Below, piece after piece: positions 22,400 through 36,490 of a stretch of DNA of 64,000 nt. The first letter of the stretch is position 1; each line of letters starts with the position of its first letter. The position numbers were made by a program, and so were the translations under genes. The stretch comes from Sphyrna mokarran (taxonomy: Eukaryota), in the NCBI GenBank assembly GCA_024679065.1, contig JAGIQG010000040.1:10044001-10108000 (forward strand), in the 5' to 3' direction. Under the pieces are notes generated by a model that worked only from the letters and a program-made list of their open reading frames with translations, made no database searches and was not told where the DNA came from.

Positions 22400-25365
22400 A
22401 GAATATAGAACGTAGAACTGTACAGCACTGTACAGACCCTTCGGCCCTCAATGTTGTGCCGAGCTATGTCCAAACACTGATCAAGCTATGCCATGCCCTA
22501 ACATTCTGGCATATTCCCTGTGTCCATCTAATAATGTTTGGAAGTTCCTAAAGTGTCCAACTCCATTATCACAGCAGGCAGTGCATTCCACACCCCAAAC
22601 ACTCTCTGAGTAAAGATTCTGAGTAAAGAATCTACCTGGGACATATTGCCTATATCTCTCACCATGAACCTTATAGTTATGCCCTACGAATACCAGCTGC
22701 ATCCACCCGAGGAAAAAGTCGTTGCACATCCACGCTATCTACCCTCTCATCATCTTATAAACTTCTATTAAATCGCCTCTCATCCTTTCCTGCTCAAAAG
22801 AGAAAAGCACCAGCTCCCTCAACCTTCCCTCATAAGACCCAAGACATCATCATCACCATATCCATGGTAGAGAAATGATCGGAAAACAATCTGAGGACAG
22901 AATTAATCTCCACTTCGAGAGGTAAGTACTTATGAATATTAGTCAGCATGGCTTTGTCTGACAATGTGCTGGAATATATTGAGGAGGTGACTGTATGAGT
23001 AGATGAGGGAAGTTCAGTCATGTAGTCTATATGGACTTCAGAAAAGCTTTTAACAAATTCGGCACGGGAGACTGAACAAGGAAGTGATATCCGATTGGAA
23101 CCGGTGCAACTTGGTAAATAACATTCACAGTTGGCTGAGTGGCATGAAACAGAGGGTAATGGTCGAAGGTTGCTTTTCTGACCGCAAGCCTATGTCCAGT
23201 GGGGTTGCACAGGGATCGATGCTGGGTTCCTTGCTGTTTGTTGTGTACTGCGATGGTCTAGACTTGAATGTGTGAGGTATGATCAATAAGTTCACAGATG
23301 GTACAAAGATTGATTGAAGAGGAAAGCCTTAGATTACAAGAATCATAGAATCACAGTGCAGAAGGAGTGCAGTGCTAGCCACATGCAACCGTGCTGAGGA
23401 AATTGAAAAGCTCGGCAAATGTAACTTACATCTGAAAAATGTCAGGTGATGCATTTGGGACAACTATCAGGACAAGGAAACACAGTGTGTCCAGTCGAGT
23501 GTGGGGAACTGCAGGGGACTGGAATGAATTTGGGGTGCATTTATGCAGATTTCTAAAAGCAGTAAGACTGGTAGATGAGGTGGTTAAGACGACATGTAGG
23601 ATATTTCCCTTTAGCAGCGGCAGCATAGAATATACGACGGTGGAGAAGAGATTCACCAGGATGCGGCCTGAGCTGGAGAGTATCAGCTATGAGGAGAGAC
23701 TGGTTAGGTTGGGATCTTTTACCTTAGAGCAGAGACGGCTGCAGGGGGAGCGGGTGTAGTGTGTGGTGGTGAGGAGCACTTTCAAATGGGTGAGGGGAGA
23801 GGGAAGCTGAGTGATACGTACAAAATTTGTGGCACATAGAGAGGAAGAAAACTTTTCCCCTTTAGGAGAGGTTTGAAAAGCCAGAGGGGCATGGTAAAGG
23901 ACAGATTTCTGTGTGGATCTGAAGAAAAATGTTTCCATCCACAAAGTGATGAGATCTGCAGCTCAGGGCCTGAAGCAATGGTAGAAGCTGGAACAACCAC
24001 AAGAAGCATTTAGATCAGCAATTCAAACGCCAGAACAGACAAGGCTGTGAATCCAATGCTGGAAAATGGGTTTCGATTGCATAGGTCAGATCAGGCATAA
24101 TGGGCCAAAGGACCCCATTTTTGTGCTGTTAAAACTCGATGACTGTTAGACTATTCTCTGTAGTGGTCCATCACTTGCAGCTTTCACAGTGCTGACTGGG
24201 ACACCAATAACATAACAAACCTATGTGTTTGAGAATGCACAATTGCAGCCAGCAGTGAGCTTCCTGGTCTGAGAGAGGCATCTGTCAGCTATCTGCTGTT
24301 GCACTCGCTTCAACATAACAGCTGCCCCCAGGTAGTCTGGGGATCACAGCTCTTTGTGAGCAGCCCCTGACCGAATATTGCCACCACTTGCCACTTGGAC
24401 CTATCACCACCCCCCCTTCCCCCACATCAATTGCACGCAGAGAGCCGAGAGACCCTCTTCCTCCCAACTGCACATGCAGAGAGGCAGCGAGGTCCCCGCC
24501 TTATCCACTGTGCATGCAGAGCTGCAGAGGGACACCCATCCCTGCCTCACCTATCGTGTGCAGGTTGGCTGTAAGACTCCTCTCTTCATCAATCTCATGC
24601 AGACCAAAAGCGGGCCTGCACTCCCGACTTCAACACTTAACGGAAAGTTTCTGAGGAACGTAAAAGAACACAAAGTACTTGGGGTTCACATCCACAGATA
24701 TCTGAAGGTTGCCACTCAAGTGGACAGAACTATGAAGAAGCTTATAGTGTGTTAGCGTTTATTAACAGGGGTTTGAGTTTAAGGGCCGTGGGATTATGTT
24801 GCAGCTACACATAACCTTTGTGAGACCACATTTGGAATATTGTGTTCAGTTCTGGTCACCTCACTATTAGAAGAATTGTCTCATTGTAGAGGCTGGAGAG
24901 GATCTTTACCAGGATGCTGCCTGGTTTGGAGGGTATGTCTTATGAGGAAAGGTCGAGGGAGTTGGGGCTTTTCAATTTAGAGTGGAGGAGTATGAGAGGC
25001 AACTTAATAGAGGTTTATAAGGTGATGAGGGGTAGGTAGAGATAGTGGACGTGCAGAGAGTATTTCCTCAGATGGATGTAGCTGTTATTAGGGGACATAC
25101 TATAACATTCATAATGGGAGATATAGAAGGAATACCCAAGGTAGATTCTTCAATCAGAGAGTGGATGGGGTGTGGAATGCACTGCCTGTTGTGATAGTGG
25201 AGTCGGACACTTTAAGAACTTTCAAGCGGTTATTGGATAGGCACATGGAGCACACCAGAATGATAGGGAGTGGGATAGCTTGATCTTGGAACTGGACATA
25301 GCTTGGAACAACATCGAGGGCTGAAGGGCCTGTACTGTGCTGTACTCTTGTATGTTTGATGTTCT
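22400..25365. mobile_element. CR1-type LINE fragments in the GPCR-B intron (minus ~22400-22840; plus ~22870-24140 and ~24630-25365)
   Basis: ORF2 motifs (KQRVMVEG, GV.QGSMLG, RFTRM, FF.QRV..VWNALP) and CR1 tails. Confidence 0.75.
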
Positions 25366-26123
25366 AAATCCAGTTTCTCACATCTCCCCAATGTCCACAT
25401 TGAGCCTTGTAAATCATTCTCGATCACAGCCATCGCATGTACAACATTAACCTGCACAAATTCATTGTTAATGTCAGGGCAGTTGACTTGTGAAAGGCCG
25501 ATTTGATTTGGTTTGAATTGATTTGGTTTATTATTCCACAAAGAATAATTATGTGATCCAAGCCTGGAATCAAACTCAGGTCCCTGCGAGACAACAGTGC
25601 TAGCCATTCTACTACCATGCAGCTTCTTCTCTGCTGCCATCAGAAGTTTGAATTGACCCACATCACATTTAGATGATCTTTTATTACACCCTAGCTATGA
25701 TTGCAGCATTACACTCTGCACTCTTTCCTTCTCTATGTACAGAGTTACAGTGTTACAGAGTTCACTGCAGAGCCAGGGAGATAGTGCCTGTGGACCCGTT
25801 GGGGAGGTAGGTGGACTGTAGTGTATCCCGGCAATCTGGGCGGCCGGAATTGATTCATACCATGACTAACCTTTTGAGGCATTTCATAACATTGGATATA
25901 CAGTGAAAACCATTGTTACTTGGGTGTCACACAGCCAAAGCATAGTGCATCCTATGAGTCTGTTGGTACACGTCTTCACACTTTCCTGTCACACTTCGAA
26001 AGATGTGCTGTTCTTTTTTAAGTGATATGTATACTTTTTTTATTTTAACCCATTCTCAGTCTAAATGGTAATTCCTTCCCCTGAATCATGTCTAATTTTA
26101 TTCTGTATTTCCCTTCGTGACAG

Positions 26124-27025
26124 TGAATATAATCACGATTGTGACACTGATGAGCAGAAACTGTGGTCTATCCAAATGTGTCACTCGTTATCTGGTGGCC
26201 ATGTCAGTGGGGGATCTGCTGGTCGTTATCCTCGACCTGATATTGAGACACATTCCCATTGTCTACAAGGAACAATTTTCTTTCGTGCCCTCGGTCCCCG
26301 TGTGTAACATCCACGCTGTCCTGCTTTATGCAGCCACTGACTGTTCTGTCTGGTTCACCGTCACTTTCACCTTTGATCGATTTGTGGCCATTTGCTGCCC
26401 CAAACTGAAAAGTAAATATTGCACTGAAAAATCAGCGGCTATGGTTCTGGGAACAGTGACGGTGCTGAGCTGTTTAAAGAATGTTCTGTGGTATTTTATG
26501 TTTTTAAATGGATATCGGCTGGTGAACGACCCCTGGTTTTGTGATTTCACAATTGGTGTTGTGTTTTCTCCAATCTGGTTAACAATCGAGATCCTCCATC
26601 ACATTCTAACCCCGTGTGTCCCATTCGTCCTGATTCTGGTGCTCAATGCTTTCACTGTCAGACACATTTTAGTGAGCAGCAGAGCCCGCAGGAGACTCCG
26701 AGCACACAGCAGTGGGGAGAATGCCAGAGACCCAGAGATGGAGAGTCGTAGGAAATCCATCATTTTACTGTTTGTTATCTCAGCCAATTTCATCCTCTTA
26801 TGGTCGATGTTAATGGTGTATTCTATATGGAAACAAATGGTTTTTTTGGGCTATCCTTCGGTAGCATTTGATCTTTTTGTAATGGAATTGGGGTTCATGC
26901 TTCAACTCACAAGTTGCTGCACAAACACTGCCGTTTATGCTGTCACACAGACTCAATTCAGACAGCAGCTAAGCAATCTACTGAAATATCCCCTTACTGC
27001 CATTCTTCACCTCATTTCCCCCTGA
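26124..27025 (+). CDS. GPCR-B exon 2, GPR139/GPR142-like class A GPCR
   Basis: Open 902 nt, colinear with GPCR-A exon 2; acceptor CGTGACAG; TFDRFVAIC and TNTAVY motifs. Spliced product 384 aa from ATG 21657. Confidence 0.9.
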
Positions 27026-27109
27026 GAGGAAACTATAACCACAAGACACATGACTTTTTTCCATTTGGACATTCAGACTGTAAATCACCAAACAACCTCA
27101 CACATACAG

Positions 27110-27820
27110 AAAGAAGTGGCAGACACACAGAGAGAGGAGCAAGGATAGCAAAGGTGAGAGTGATACAGTGAGATAGATTGTAAGAGAGAAGAAATGATAT
27201 GAAGACATGGAGAGCAACAGAAATTGAAAGAATTCCAAACAAGCACAGGAAAGAAACAGATAGAGAGACAGAGAGAACGAGCAGAGAGAGAGAGAGAGAA
27301 GAGAGAGAGACTCTCACACAGCGAGAGAGACACGGATAGAAAGTAGGGAAAACAGTGAAGGGCACATGCAGGAAATGAGAAAGAGTGATAGAGAAGACAG
27401 ATTGGAGGATGTAATAAGGGATGGAGACAATGACGAAGAGGAAACAGGAGACAAAAAGTGAGATAGAGGGAAATAGCTAGAGACAGAGAGAAATAGATAT
27501 AGAGAAGGGAATATGAGGGAATGGATATCTGTGAGACTAAAGAGTACAATAGGCTCAGTGAGATCAAAAGACAGAGTGAGGTAGAGAGAGCAAGAGGGAC
27601 AGACCGACAAATAAGTAAAAGGGGGAACAAAGATGGAGAGGGAAAGGGAGATTGACACAAAGCGGGAGAAAGGAAGTGAGACTGAGAGGAGGTAGGAGTG
27701 ACAAAGGAACAGGGTACAGACAGGGAGACTGGGGAAGAGGCAGAAAGACAGAAAGAGGAACATAGAGAGAGAGAGACAGAGGCATAGAGAGACACAAAGA
27801 AAGAGAGATAGAGAGACATG
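27110..27820. repeat. GA-rich low-complexity tract downstream of GPCR-B
   Basis: Inverted paralog of 9440-10160. Confidence 0.85.
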
Positions 27821-29069
27821 TTTAATGGCTTTAATGATAACAATTACCTGGAGTTATTGGAATATAAGCTCCCTGATGGAGGCAGTTAATGCTGTCCAAT
27901 CCGGGAGCCCTACAGACGTACGCAATATGGTGTGTCTAAGTTACTGGAACTCAGGATGTATACACTCAAGGTGTCGATTTAATAGACTGGTGGTTTAATC
28001 ATAGATTATTAATACAGAAAGACAGCTAATGCTCTGGGCACCTGGGTTCCAATCCCGTCATGGCAGATCATGGAATTTGAATAAATATAGATGGAATTCA
28101 GAATCAGCTGATGATCAAAAAAAATTGTCAATTTTCCCCAAAAAAAAACACATCTGGTTCACTAATGTCTCAGGGAAGGAAATCTGTGGTCCTTACATGG
28201 TCAGGGCAAAATGTGACTCCAGGGCTACAACAATGTGGTTGACAATTAAATTCCCTCTGAACATGGGCAACTAAGAGGCCGAATTATTTAGGCTGATGCC
28301 TTGAGTTGGCTACGATTAACAGACCCCCAGTGGAAGAGACAGGAATCATGAACTTTTTGAAATCTCTCCCGTGGCTGCCAATAGTACTCAGCTGTGGATA
28401 CAAAATTACCCAGTCCTCAATAAATTGAAGAAGCTAGTGCTGATGGGGGAATCCAGAAAGCTGCTACAACCTGAAGTACATCCATATTGGAGTGGAAGAG
28501 AGCAGTTGACCGTGGAAGAAGACATATTCCTGTGGGGTTCAAGAGCGTCATCCTGGGTCAGATTACCATTCCACCCTGGCTGAACTCTATCACGGCCACC
28601 CAAGAGTGGCAAACTGAAGATCCACCAAATTGCCATGCCAGTATCGACTAGACATTACCGTTCAGAAAGTGACATGAGACCAAAAGAAGCAGCTGATTGT
28701 TGAGTAAATCCTTGGAAGGGAAACTGATGGAATTTTATGAATAGCTGCCACTGATGTCATAGCTTAAGGAAGGATTCTTGATGTTGTTAATGTTCTGGGT
28801 ATGAATCCCGTCACTGCAGCTCATGGAATTTGAACTGAATAAAAATTGTCTGGAGTTAAAAATCTACTGATGACCATAAAACCATATATGATTGTCAAAA
28901 GAACCAGTTTCGTTCACTAATGTCCTTTAGGGAAGGGAATCTGCCAGGGGGATGGGAATAAAGCAAAGATGAATTAACTGCAGTGAACTAGAGAACAGGG
29001 CCATAAGACTCAGAGAAAGAGCAGGAACAGTGTGGTTGCTAATCAAAGAGAGTCTGGCAGACTGAAGTG

Positions 29070-32000
29070 CATTTGTTTTAATACAAGAAGTGTAACAGGT
29101 TAGGCAGATGGACTTAGAGCTTGGATTTGTACTTAGAACTAAGATGTTGTAACTCTTATCTTTGATTAAGGGAAGGAGAGGAATGGCAGCTTAACGTACA
29201 AGGATACAGATGTTTCAAGAAGGATAGACAGGGGTGTAACAGGAGAGGGGCATTTTCTTGATTGCTACGGACAATATCACAGCAATATGAACAGAGGGAT
29301 CTTGGAGTATATGTGCATAGATCCCTGAAAGTTGACAATCAAGTCGATAAGGTTGTTAAGAAGGCATACGGAGTCTTGGATTTTATTGGTAGGGGGATTG
29401 AATTTCGGAGCCGCAAAGTCATGTTGCAACTGTACAAAACTCTTGTGCGGCCGCACTTGGAGTATTGTGTGCAGTTCTGGTCCCTACATTATAAGAAAGA
29501 TGTGAAGGCATTGGAGAGGGTGCAGAGGAGGTTTACCAGGATGTTGCCTGGTATGGGGGGCAGGTCTTATGAGGAGAGGCTGAGGGATAGGGTGGACAGT
29601 GATAGCCTTTTTCCTCGGATGGAGAAAGCTAGCACGAGGGGACATAGCTTTAAATTAAGGGGTGGTAGTTATAGGACGGATGTCAGAGGTAGGTTCTTTA
29701 CCCAGAGGGTGGTAAGGGTATGGAATGCCCTGCCTACTGCAGTTGTAGATGCGCCAAGTTCGGGGGCGTTTAAGAGGTCAGTGGATAGGTTTATGGATGA
29801 AAAGGGAATCGTTTAGGTTAGAGGGTCATTGCTTTTTCTTAATTGGTCGGCGCAACATCGAGGGCCAAAGGGGCTGTTCTTCGCTGTAGTGTTCTATGTT
29901 CTGCAGGAGGCCTACACCTACTGTACTTCCGAGGGCTCATACAAAGAGGCAATATGGGTAAAGCTCAGGAATAGGAAGGGTGTAGTCACAATAGATTGAC
30001 TATTGGCCTCCCAACAACCAGCGGGAGATAGCGGAACAGATAGAGATTTTGACAGGCTGTTAAAGTAACAGGGTTGTTGTTGTTGTTGGAGATTTAACTT
30101 CCCCAAAATTGACTTGGATTCATTTTGTGCTCAGTGCATGGGTTGGGCAGAGTTTGTAAGTAGCAGCCAGGAGGGCTTCTTGAAATATTATATAGATAGT
30201 CCAACTAGGGAAATAGCTGTACTGGACCTGATATTGGGGAATCAGCCTGGCCAATGGTCGACATTTCAGTAGGGGAGCAGATAGAGAACAGTGGCCACAA
30301 CTCAGTAAGCTTTAAGATATAGATGTTTAAAGATAAATGTAGTCCACAAGTGAAGATCCTAAATAGGGGGAAAGCTAATTACAACAATATTAGGCAGGAA
30401 CTGAAGTATGTAGATTGGGACCAGATGTTTGAGGGCAAATCAACATCTGGCACATGGGAGGCTTTCAAATGTAAGTTGATCGGAATTCAGGACTAGCATA
30501 AACCTGTAAAGATGAAGGATAGTCATGGCAAATTTCGGGAACATTGTATAACAAGAACTATTTTGAGCCTAGTCAAAGAAAAGATGGAAGAATTTGTCTA
30601 GTCTAGGAAGACACAGAACAATTATGGAATACAAGGAAATTAAAAAGAAACTTAAGCAAAGATTAAGGAGGGCTAAAAGGGGTCACGAAAATTTTTTGGC
30701 CGCAGAATGGAGGAAAATCCCAAGGCGTTTTAAACATATACAAAGGGCAAGAGGTTAGCCAGGGAGAGGGTTGACACACTCGAGGACAGGTGAGGGATTC
30801 TACATGTGGAACCATGTAAATGGTGAGGTATTAAATATTTTACATTGGTATTCACTAAAGAGAATGACTTAGTGCACGATGAATCTGGGCAATCTGGGAA
30901 TTGATGTGTAAACAGTTTGAGTCATGTTGAGATGAAAATGGAGGAGATATTGGTGTTCTTGAGAAACATTAAAGTAGACAAGTCCCCAGAGCCTGATGTA
31001 ATATACTGCAGAATACTGAGAGCGGCACGGATGAAATTGCTGGGACCTTGAGAGAAATCTTTGTATCATCCCTGGCTATAGGGGAGGAGAACGAGAATTG
31101 GAGAACAGCTGATTTTTGTTCAGGAAGAATAGCAACCATAATCCAGGTAAGAACAGGTCAGTGAGCTTACGTCAATGGTCGGGACAATATTTAGAGAATT
31201 GTTCGAAACGGAAGTTAATTCAACTTGGAACTAAGTGGATGTATTACTGAGAGGCAATATGACTTTTTTTGAAGACCAGATCGTGTGTCAATAACGTGAT
31301 CGAGTTTTTCGAGGAAGTGACGAAAATGATTGATGAGGATAGGGCAATGGATATTATCTACATGAACTCCAATAAACCCTCTCACAGAGTCTCTTATGGC
31401 AGACTGGTACAGAAGGTGCAGTAAAGTGATGTCAGAAGTCAACTGGCTGGGTGGTTGAAGAACGGGCTCTGTCATAGAAAACAGAGTGTAGCAAAGTGTG
31501 TTTCTGAATGTTGTGATGTGGCTCAGGGATCGGTCCTGGTCGCTTTGTTGTTTGCCATACATATTATAAATGATTTGAAGGAAATTGGGGTATCGGTTTG
31601 GAGATAATCGGCACACGGGGGGAAAAGTTGGAAAGCAGAGTATTCTGATTTAAGGTAAATGGTGACAGTGGCAAAAATAAGGAATTTGTTGAATTGATGA
31701 GTAATTTGCATATTTAATATATTGCACAGGAAAGCTACATGATTAGCTTTGTTCAGCAGAATGTGAAGAGAAAAATGGGAATGATGAAAACGCTATGAAA
31801 GGAAATATAGACTCCGAGGGACTTGAGTGAATATGGGTATAAATCATTCATGATACAAGACAGGTTGAGACAGCGGCAAGCAAAAAATGTGAATATTTTT
31901 TGTCTATTGGGAAAAATAATACAGCAGCAAGGAAGTTGTGCTAAATTTGCAGAAAACATTTGGAAAATCATTAACCGAAAAATATGGTCCAATTTTCGGC

Positions 32001-32480
32001 ACCGAAAGTAAGGCAGCATGTAAAGTCAATAGGCTGGATGTAATAATTCCAGAGATCAGAAACTTCAGTGACAAAAATATCATGGAGAGGTTCGGACTAA
32101 TTTCCTTGACAGGAAGTTACTGATGTGACTTTAATGAGGCATTCAAAATCTTGAGGTGTCTTGACAGAATAGATAGAGAGAAACTGTTCAATGGCAGAAG
32201 GAAATTGACATAGAGGGCACGAGTTGCAATAACTTGGTGGAAGAAACATGGAGACATCACGGAAAACATTTTCAGAGTGATGCAGGTCTAGAATGTGCTG
32301 TTTGAGAGTGTGGTGCAGGCAGCGCAAATTAATGGTTTCAAAATGGGATTGGATAATTGTCTGAAAACGAATGAAATGCGAGACTGCGGGATACAAAGTG
32401 TTATTGGATGAATTGCTCCTTTAAAGGGCCAACACACGCATGACGCTTCAAAATGGTCTTCTTCTCTGCTGTAAATGTTT
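29070..32480 (+). mobile_element. Decayed long CR1-type LINE with a younger CR1 3' fragment nested at ~29280-29902
   Basis: Endonuclease remnants on both sides of a cleaner 184-aa ORF (RDLGVYVH..VRPHLEYCVQFWS..FFTQRVV) that has its own tail; RT remnants further downstream. Confidence 0.75.
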
Positions 32481-35156
32481 TATCGAATTTGAAAAGAGGC
32501 AGTGGCATAGTGGTAATATCGCTGCGAGAGTAATTCCGAGGGTAGGCAAATTTCTCAAGATATGTATTCGAATCCAACCACAAAAGGTTTTAAAATGCAA
32601 TTACAATTTTGAATTTGAAAGTCGTTTCCGTAATTGAGGCCATGAAAAGGAATATAACAGATTCCCTAATGCCCTGGAGAAAAGGAAACCTTTCATCATT
32701 CCCCAGTTTGGCCCACAAGCGACTCCAGTTGCACACGTGTTTGGCGATTACCTGCCTTCTATGATCATCTGGAAGACCAGTAAATTCAGTGTATTAGTGA
32801 TTGCCAATATATGCTGGTCTTACCAGCTGGGTATACAGCCCATGACAGAATAAGAAACAGCAGCTGAAATCGGCATTTCCCAACACCTGCAATAGCAAAG
32901 CTAGTCCAGGAGATGGCAGTGAAATAGTGTTTTTGGCTCGACACGATCCAGATGATCGTCTCAGTTATTTCTGTAATAGACTCAGTCTTTGGCCATCTTA
33001 AACGTGACTCAGTTTGTATGACACGCAATCATATTTCTGGTTATATGACAATAATTCTCAGTTGATTCTGTGCTCAGCAAAAACCCAGTTGCACCAAGCC
33101 TCATTTGACATTACATCATTCAGTCTGGCGGTTATGACAGCAAGGAATTCATTCTCGGCTAATGACATGAAACTCCTTATCTCCGCTGTTACTTCACTAG
33201 ACTCTCTCTCCTGATAAAGCACCAGGACATGTTACTGTTTGCATTACCCGAGGCTCAGTCTCAGTTATTACATTGCTGGAACGTGCCACGTATAAGGAAA
33301 CATTGACAATATTTCAATCATTGCTGCACTAGTCCACCTCCCTGTTTATATCGAATAATATCCTGTATCTAATTATTATTCGATTTCATGATTTATTTAT
33401 TGCTGCAATTATCCCTGTCAATGCTTATATCAATCTAAAGGCTTGGTTTGGATTTACTGCATCGGCTTTGTCTCAGTTTATATTGTACAATGGCCAGAAT
33501 CAGACAAAATCACACTAGGTGACAGTTTTATTGCGCTAGATGCTCTCTTCTTTATTAATGCGCCAAACCATATCTTAATACATTTACACATTATCCTTTC
33601 TCATTTATTGCTTTACTCTGCATTGCTTCACTTTTTACTCCACTGGGCCACATCTTGTTTATTTCACACTACATCATGTTTCCATTTCCTGTTAGCGGTG
33701 ACCAGGCTGGAACCAGTATCAGTTTAAATTACAGTGCACACTGTCTCTGCATATATTAGAATAGACTATGTCTTCGTCAAAAGTGAACATGGCATTCTCT
33801 GTTTATATGAGAAAACACCACGCTGGTTAGTAATATACTGTATACACTCCCTCAGTAATGACTGACCTGGACCCAGTCTGCATTCATAATAGTACAGGCG
33901 CTGTATCGATATCTGGTGCATTCAACTCTGTCTCTGTATTATTGCAGAAAACCCGTCCCTCGTTTATATTACAATATGCCATATTAGCTGGTTTGACCAT
34001 GCAAAATTCCTTAGAAAATGTGGATTAGTCATGTTAAATGTGTGGGGCTAACGGGATAGGGCAGAGAGGAGGACCTGCGAGAGATGCAGACTCGGTGGGC
34101 CAGATGACCTTTTATTCTGAACTGTAGAAATACTATGGTTCTATGTCTAAGAAATATCATAGACGTTTGCGTCCTTATTTATTTTAAATATTCTATTTTC
34201 TAATAACCTCCTTTAGAGAAATTATCTCCTGAAGCAATTTCCCTCCAGTTGCCTAATGTTAACCTTCAGCCCATCCCTGCCTTCCATGAATGCATGAAAT
34301 CACGAAACAGTTCATGTATTTCAACTGAAGATCGCTTAATAGATAAATATTTATTGACAACCATTCTTTTGTCTATACTTATATACAACATGATTTCAGC
34401 CTCACTATTTTGTTCTCGGCATTGACTTATCTCTCTTTAGAGATCTATTGGAAAATAGATAAATCACATCTCGAATGATGAGGAAATTGATCTTCTCACT
34501 GACTCAATGAACTTCCTATATACGACTCAGTTATGCGCTGATTTGTGAAAACGATGGCGAAAATGACCGTTGATATATGGCCAACAGGCCATCATTACAC
34601 CTGTAATTCTCAGCCTTCTTATTCCTATTGATGCAAAGGATTGAAACATCTCCTACTCTTCAGAGAAAGAGCAATATTCCTGTTTAACCGTTACATTCCC
34701 CAATTCCATGGTAACCATTCTAAATATTTTCTACTCTGCATAGGTTGTACAATTTCGGTAATACGATGAATCAGGATCAGGTGTATATGAAGGGTGACTA
34801 TACCTTATGTGATATAAACAGTGATATTGCCTGGTGGACATGGACTGCAGCGATACAAGATAGCAGCTCATCACCACATTGTCAGGGACAATTAGAGAAG
34901 GGCAACAGATGTCAGTGTTGCCCATATCTTATAAATGATTAAAAGTTTTGCAGTAACAACAGAGACAGAATCTAATCTAATATAGACAGATGTGCGAGCA
35001 CAATGATGACATAAGCTGACTGGGCGAGTCATGTAAACCAATATATGGGAACTCTTGAGTAAGAGAGACAGACTATGATATATTTAAATAAACAGTTTTT
35101 GTGCGTGTGATAATTCTAGAAAAAAGTAATTTGTCCAGTAATAACCGGCAAGTGTC

Positions 35157-35783
35157 AACAAAAGAACAAAGAACAAAGAACAACACAGCACCGGAAACAG
35201 GCCCTTCGTCCCAACGAGCCCGCGCCGCCGTCCAAACGTCTTAATGACATATAGAGACCAATTTGTTACCCAATCAGCCTAAGAGCACATTTTTGGGATG
35301 TGGGAGGAAACCGGAGCACCCAGAGAAAACCCACGCAACCACGGGAAGAACGCGCAAACTCCCGCAGACACAGGCCCAAATCCATGTGTCTGCACAGCAA
35401 CAGCGATAGTCCCTGAGCTGTCATGGTGCCTATCAGATGGTCCAGTTTAAGCATACACTAACGACGTGAAGCACTAGGCCACTCCTGAAGCAACATCCAA
35501 GAGCAGCTCTCGCACGACCTGCCGCATGCATGCCCTTGTTGGTCAACAAGGTGGATCGAACATCCTGTGGAAACAAATAGGGTATTTAAACAGTCCTACT
35601 ACATCCCGCTATCTGCAGACCGCTCATGTGGCTGTCCAAGAGACCCTTAAACAACCCTAGCGTGCCTGCTCCCACCTCCTTACTCGGTAGTGCATTCCAC
35701 ACCCCCACTACCCTTTGTGTGAAAAACTGCCCTCTAATATTCATCTTATACATAGCCCCCCTCACCCTAAGGCCGTGACCCCT
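35157..35783 (-). mobile_element. 5'-truncated copy of the CR1 LINE with SINE-containing 3' UTR
   Basis: Near identical to 46402-47040, including the ORF2 end, the SINE-like block and the (TTGTTCT)n tail. Confidence 0.9.
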
Positions 35784-36034
35784 TGCAGCAAAATCAGATA
35801 CAGATTCTAATTCAGGACGAATTGGGTATCGGTTTTCAAAAATAATCATAGCGAATTAGAACATTATAATTTGAATGATTGGCTCCAGTGTATCACTGAC
35901 AGAGACAGCTGGGCCTGAAATCAGACTGGGGCCTGATATAAAGAAAATTCCTGGGGTCTTGACGCAGGTTTCTTTATCATGACGAGTGACGCAGGGATTT
36001 GTGTGCCAAACACGGATTGGAAATCCTATGAAAA

Positions 36035-36180
36035 TCGCAGAAGTGACTGATTCCACCTGAATAAGAGCTGTTAGTCCCGGGGGAGGGGAGGAAGTGGGTG
36101 GTGGGGTGGGTGATTGGCGGGGGAGGGGGCGGGAGATCGATCATGGCGGACCCCGTAAAGTTCTGTTATGTGACGTAACA
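36035..36180. promoter_or_regulatory. Candidate B-lineage enhancer or promoter motif cluster
   Basis: CACCTG 36054-36059, TCCCGGGGGA 36075-36084, GAGGAAGT 36088-36095, ATTGG 36113-36117, GC box ~36126-36133, TGACGTAA 36171-36178. Confidence 0.4.
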
Positions 36181-36417
36181 ATGGTGAATCTATCAGGGGA
36201 ACAAAAGAAAACAATCTGTTTCTTCTCATACTTGCAGGAGGTTCCACATTTAGAGACAGAATTAGGACTTAATATGAAACACTTCATCGGATAAAAAAAA
36301 GTACAATAAATATTAAGGGTAACTGTGTTTTTTCCTGGACAGTTTCGATCCAATGCTCATTTGTTCAAAGTGATGGCTTGTAAATTAAATTGAATTTCGG
36401 AATGGCTCCTGGCAATT

Positions 36418-36418
<1 letters not shown>

Positions 36419-36488
<70 letters not shown>
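36419..36488. repeat. (CA)n microsatellite
   Basis: Directly visible. Confidence 0.95.
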
Positions 36489-36490
<2 letters not shown>

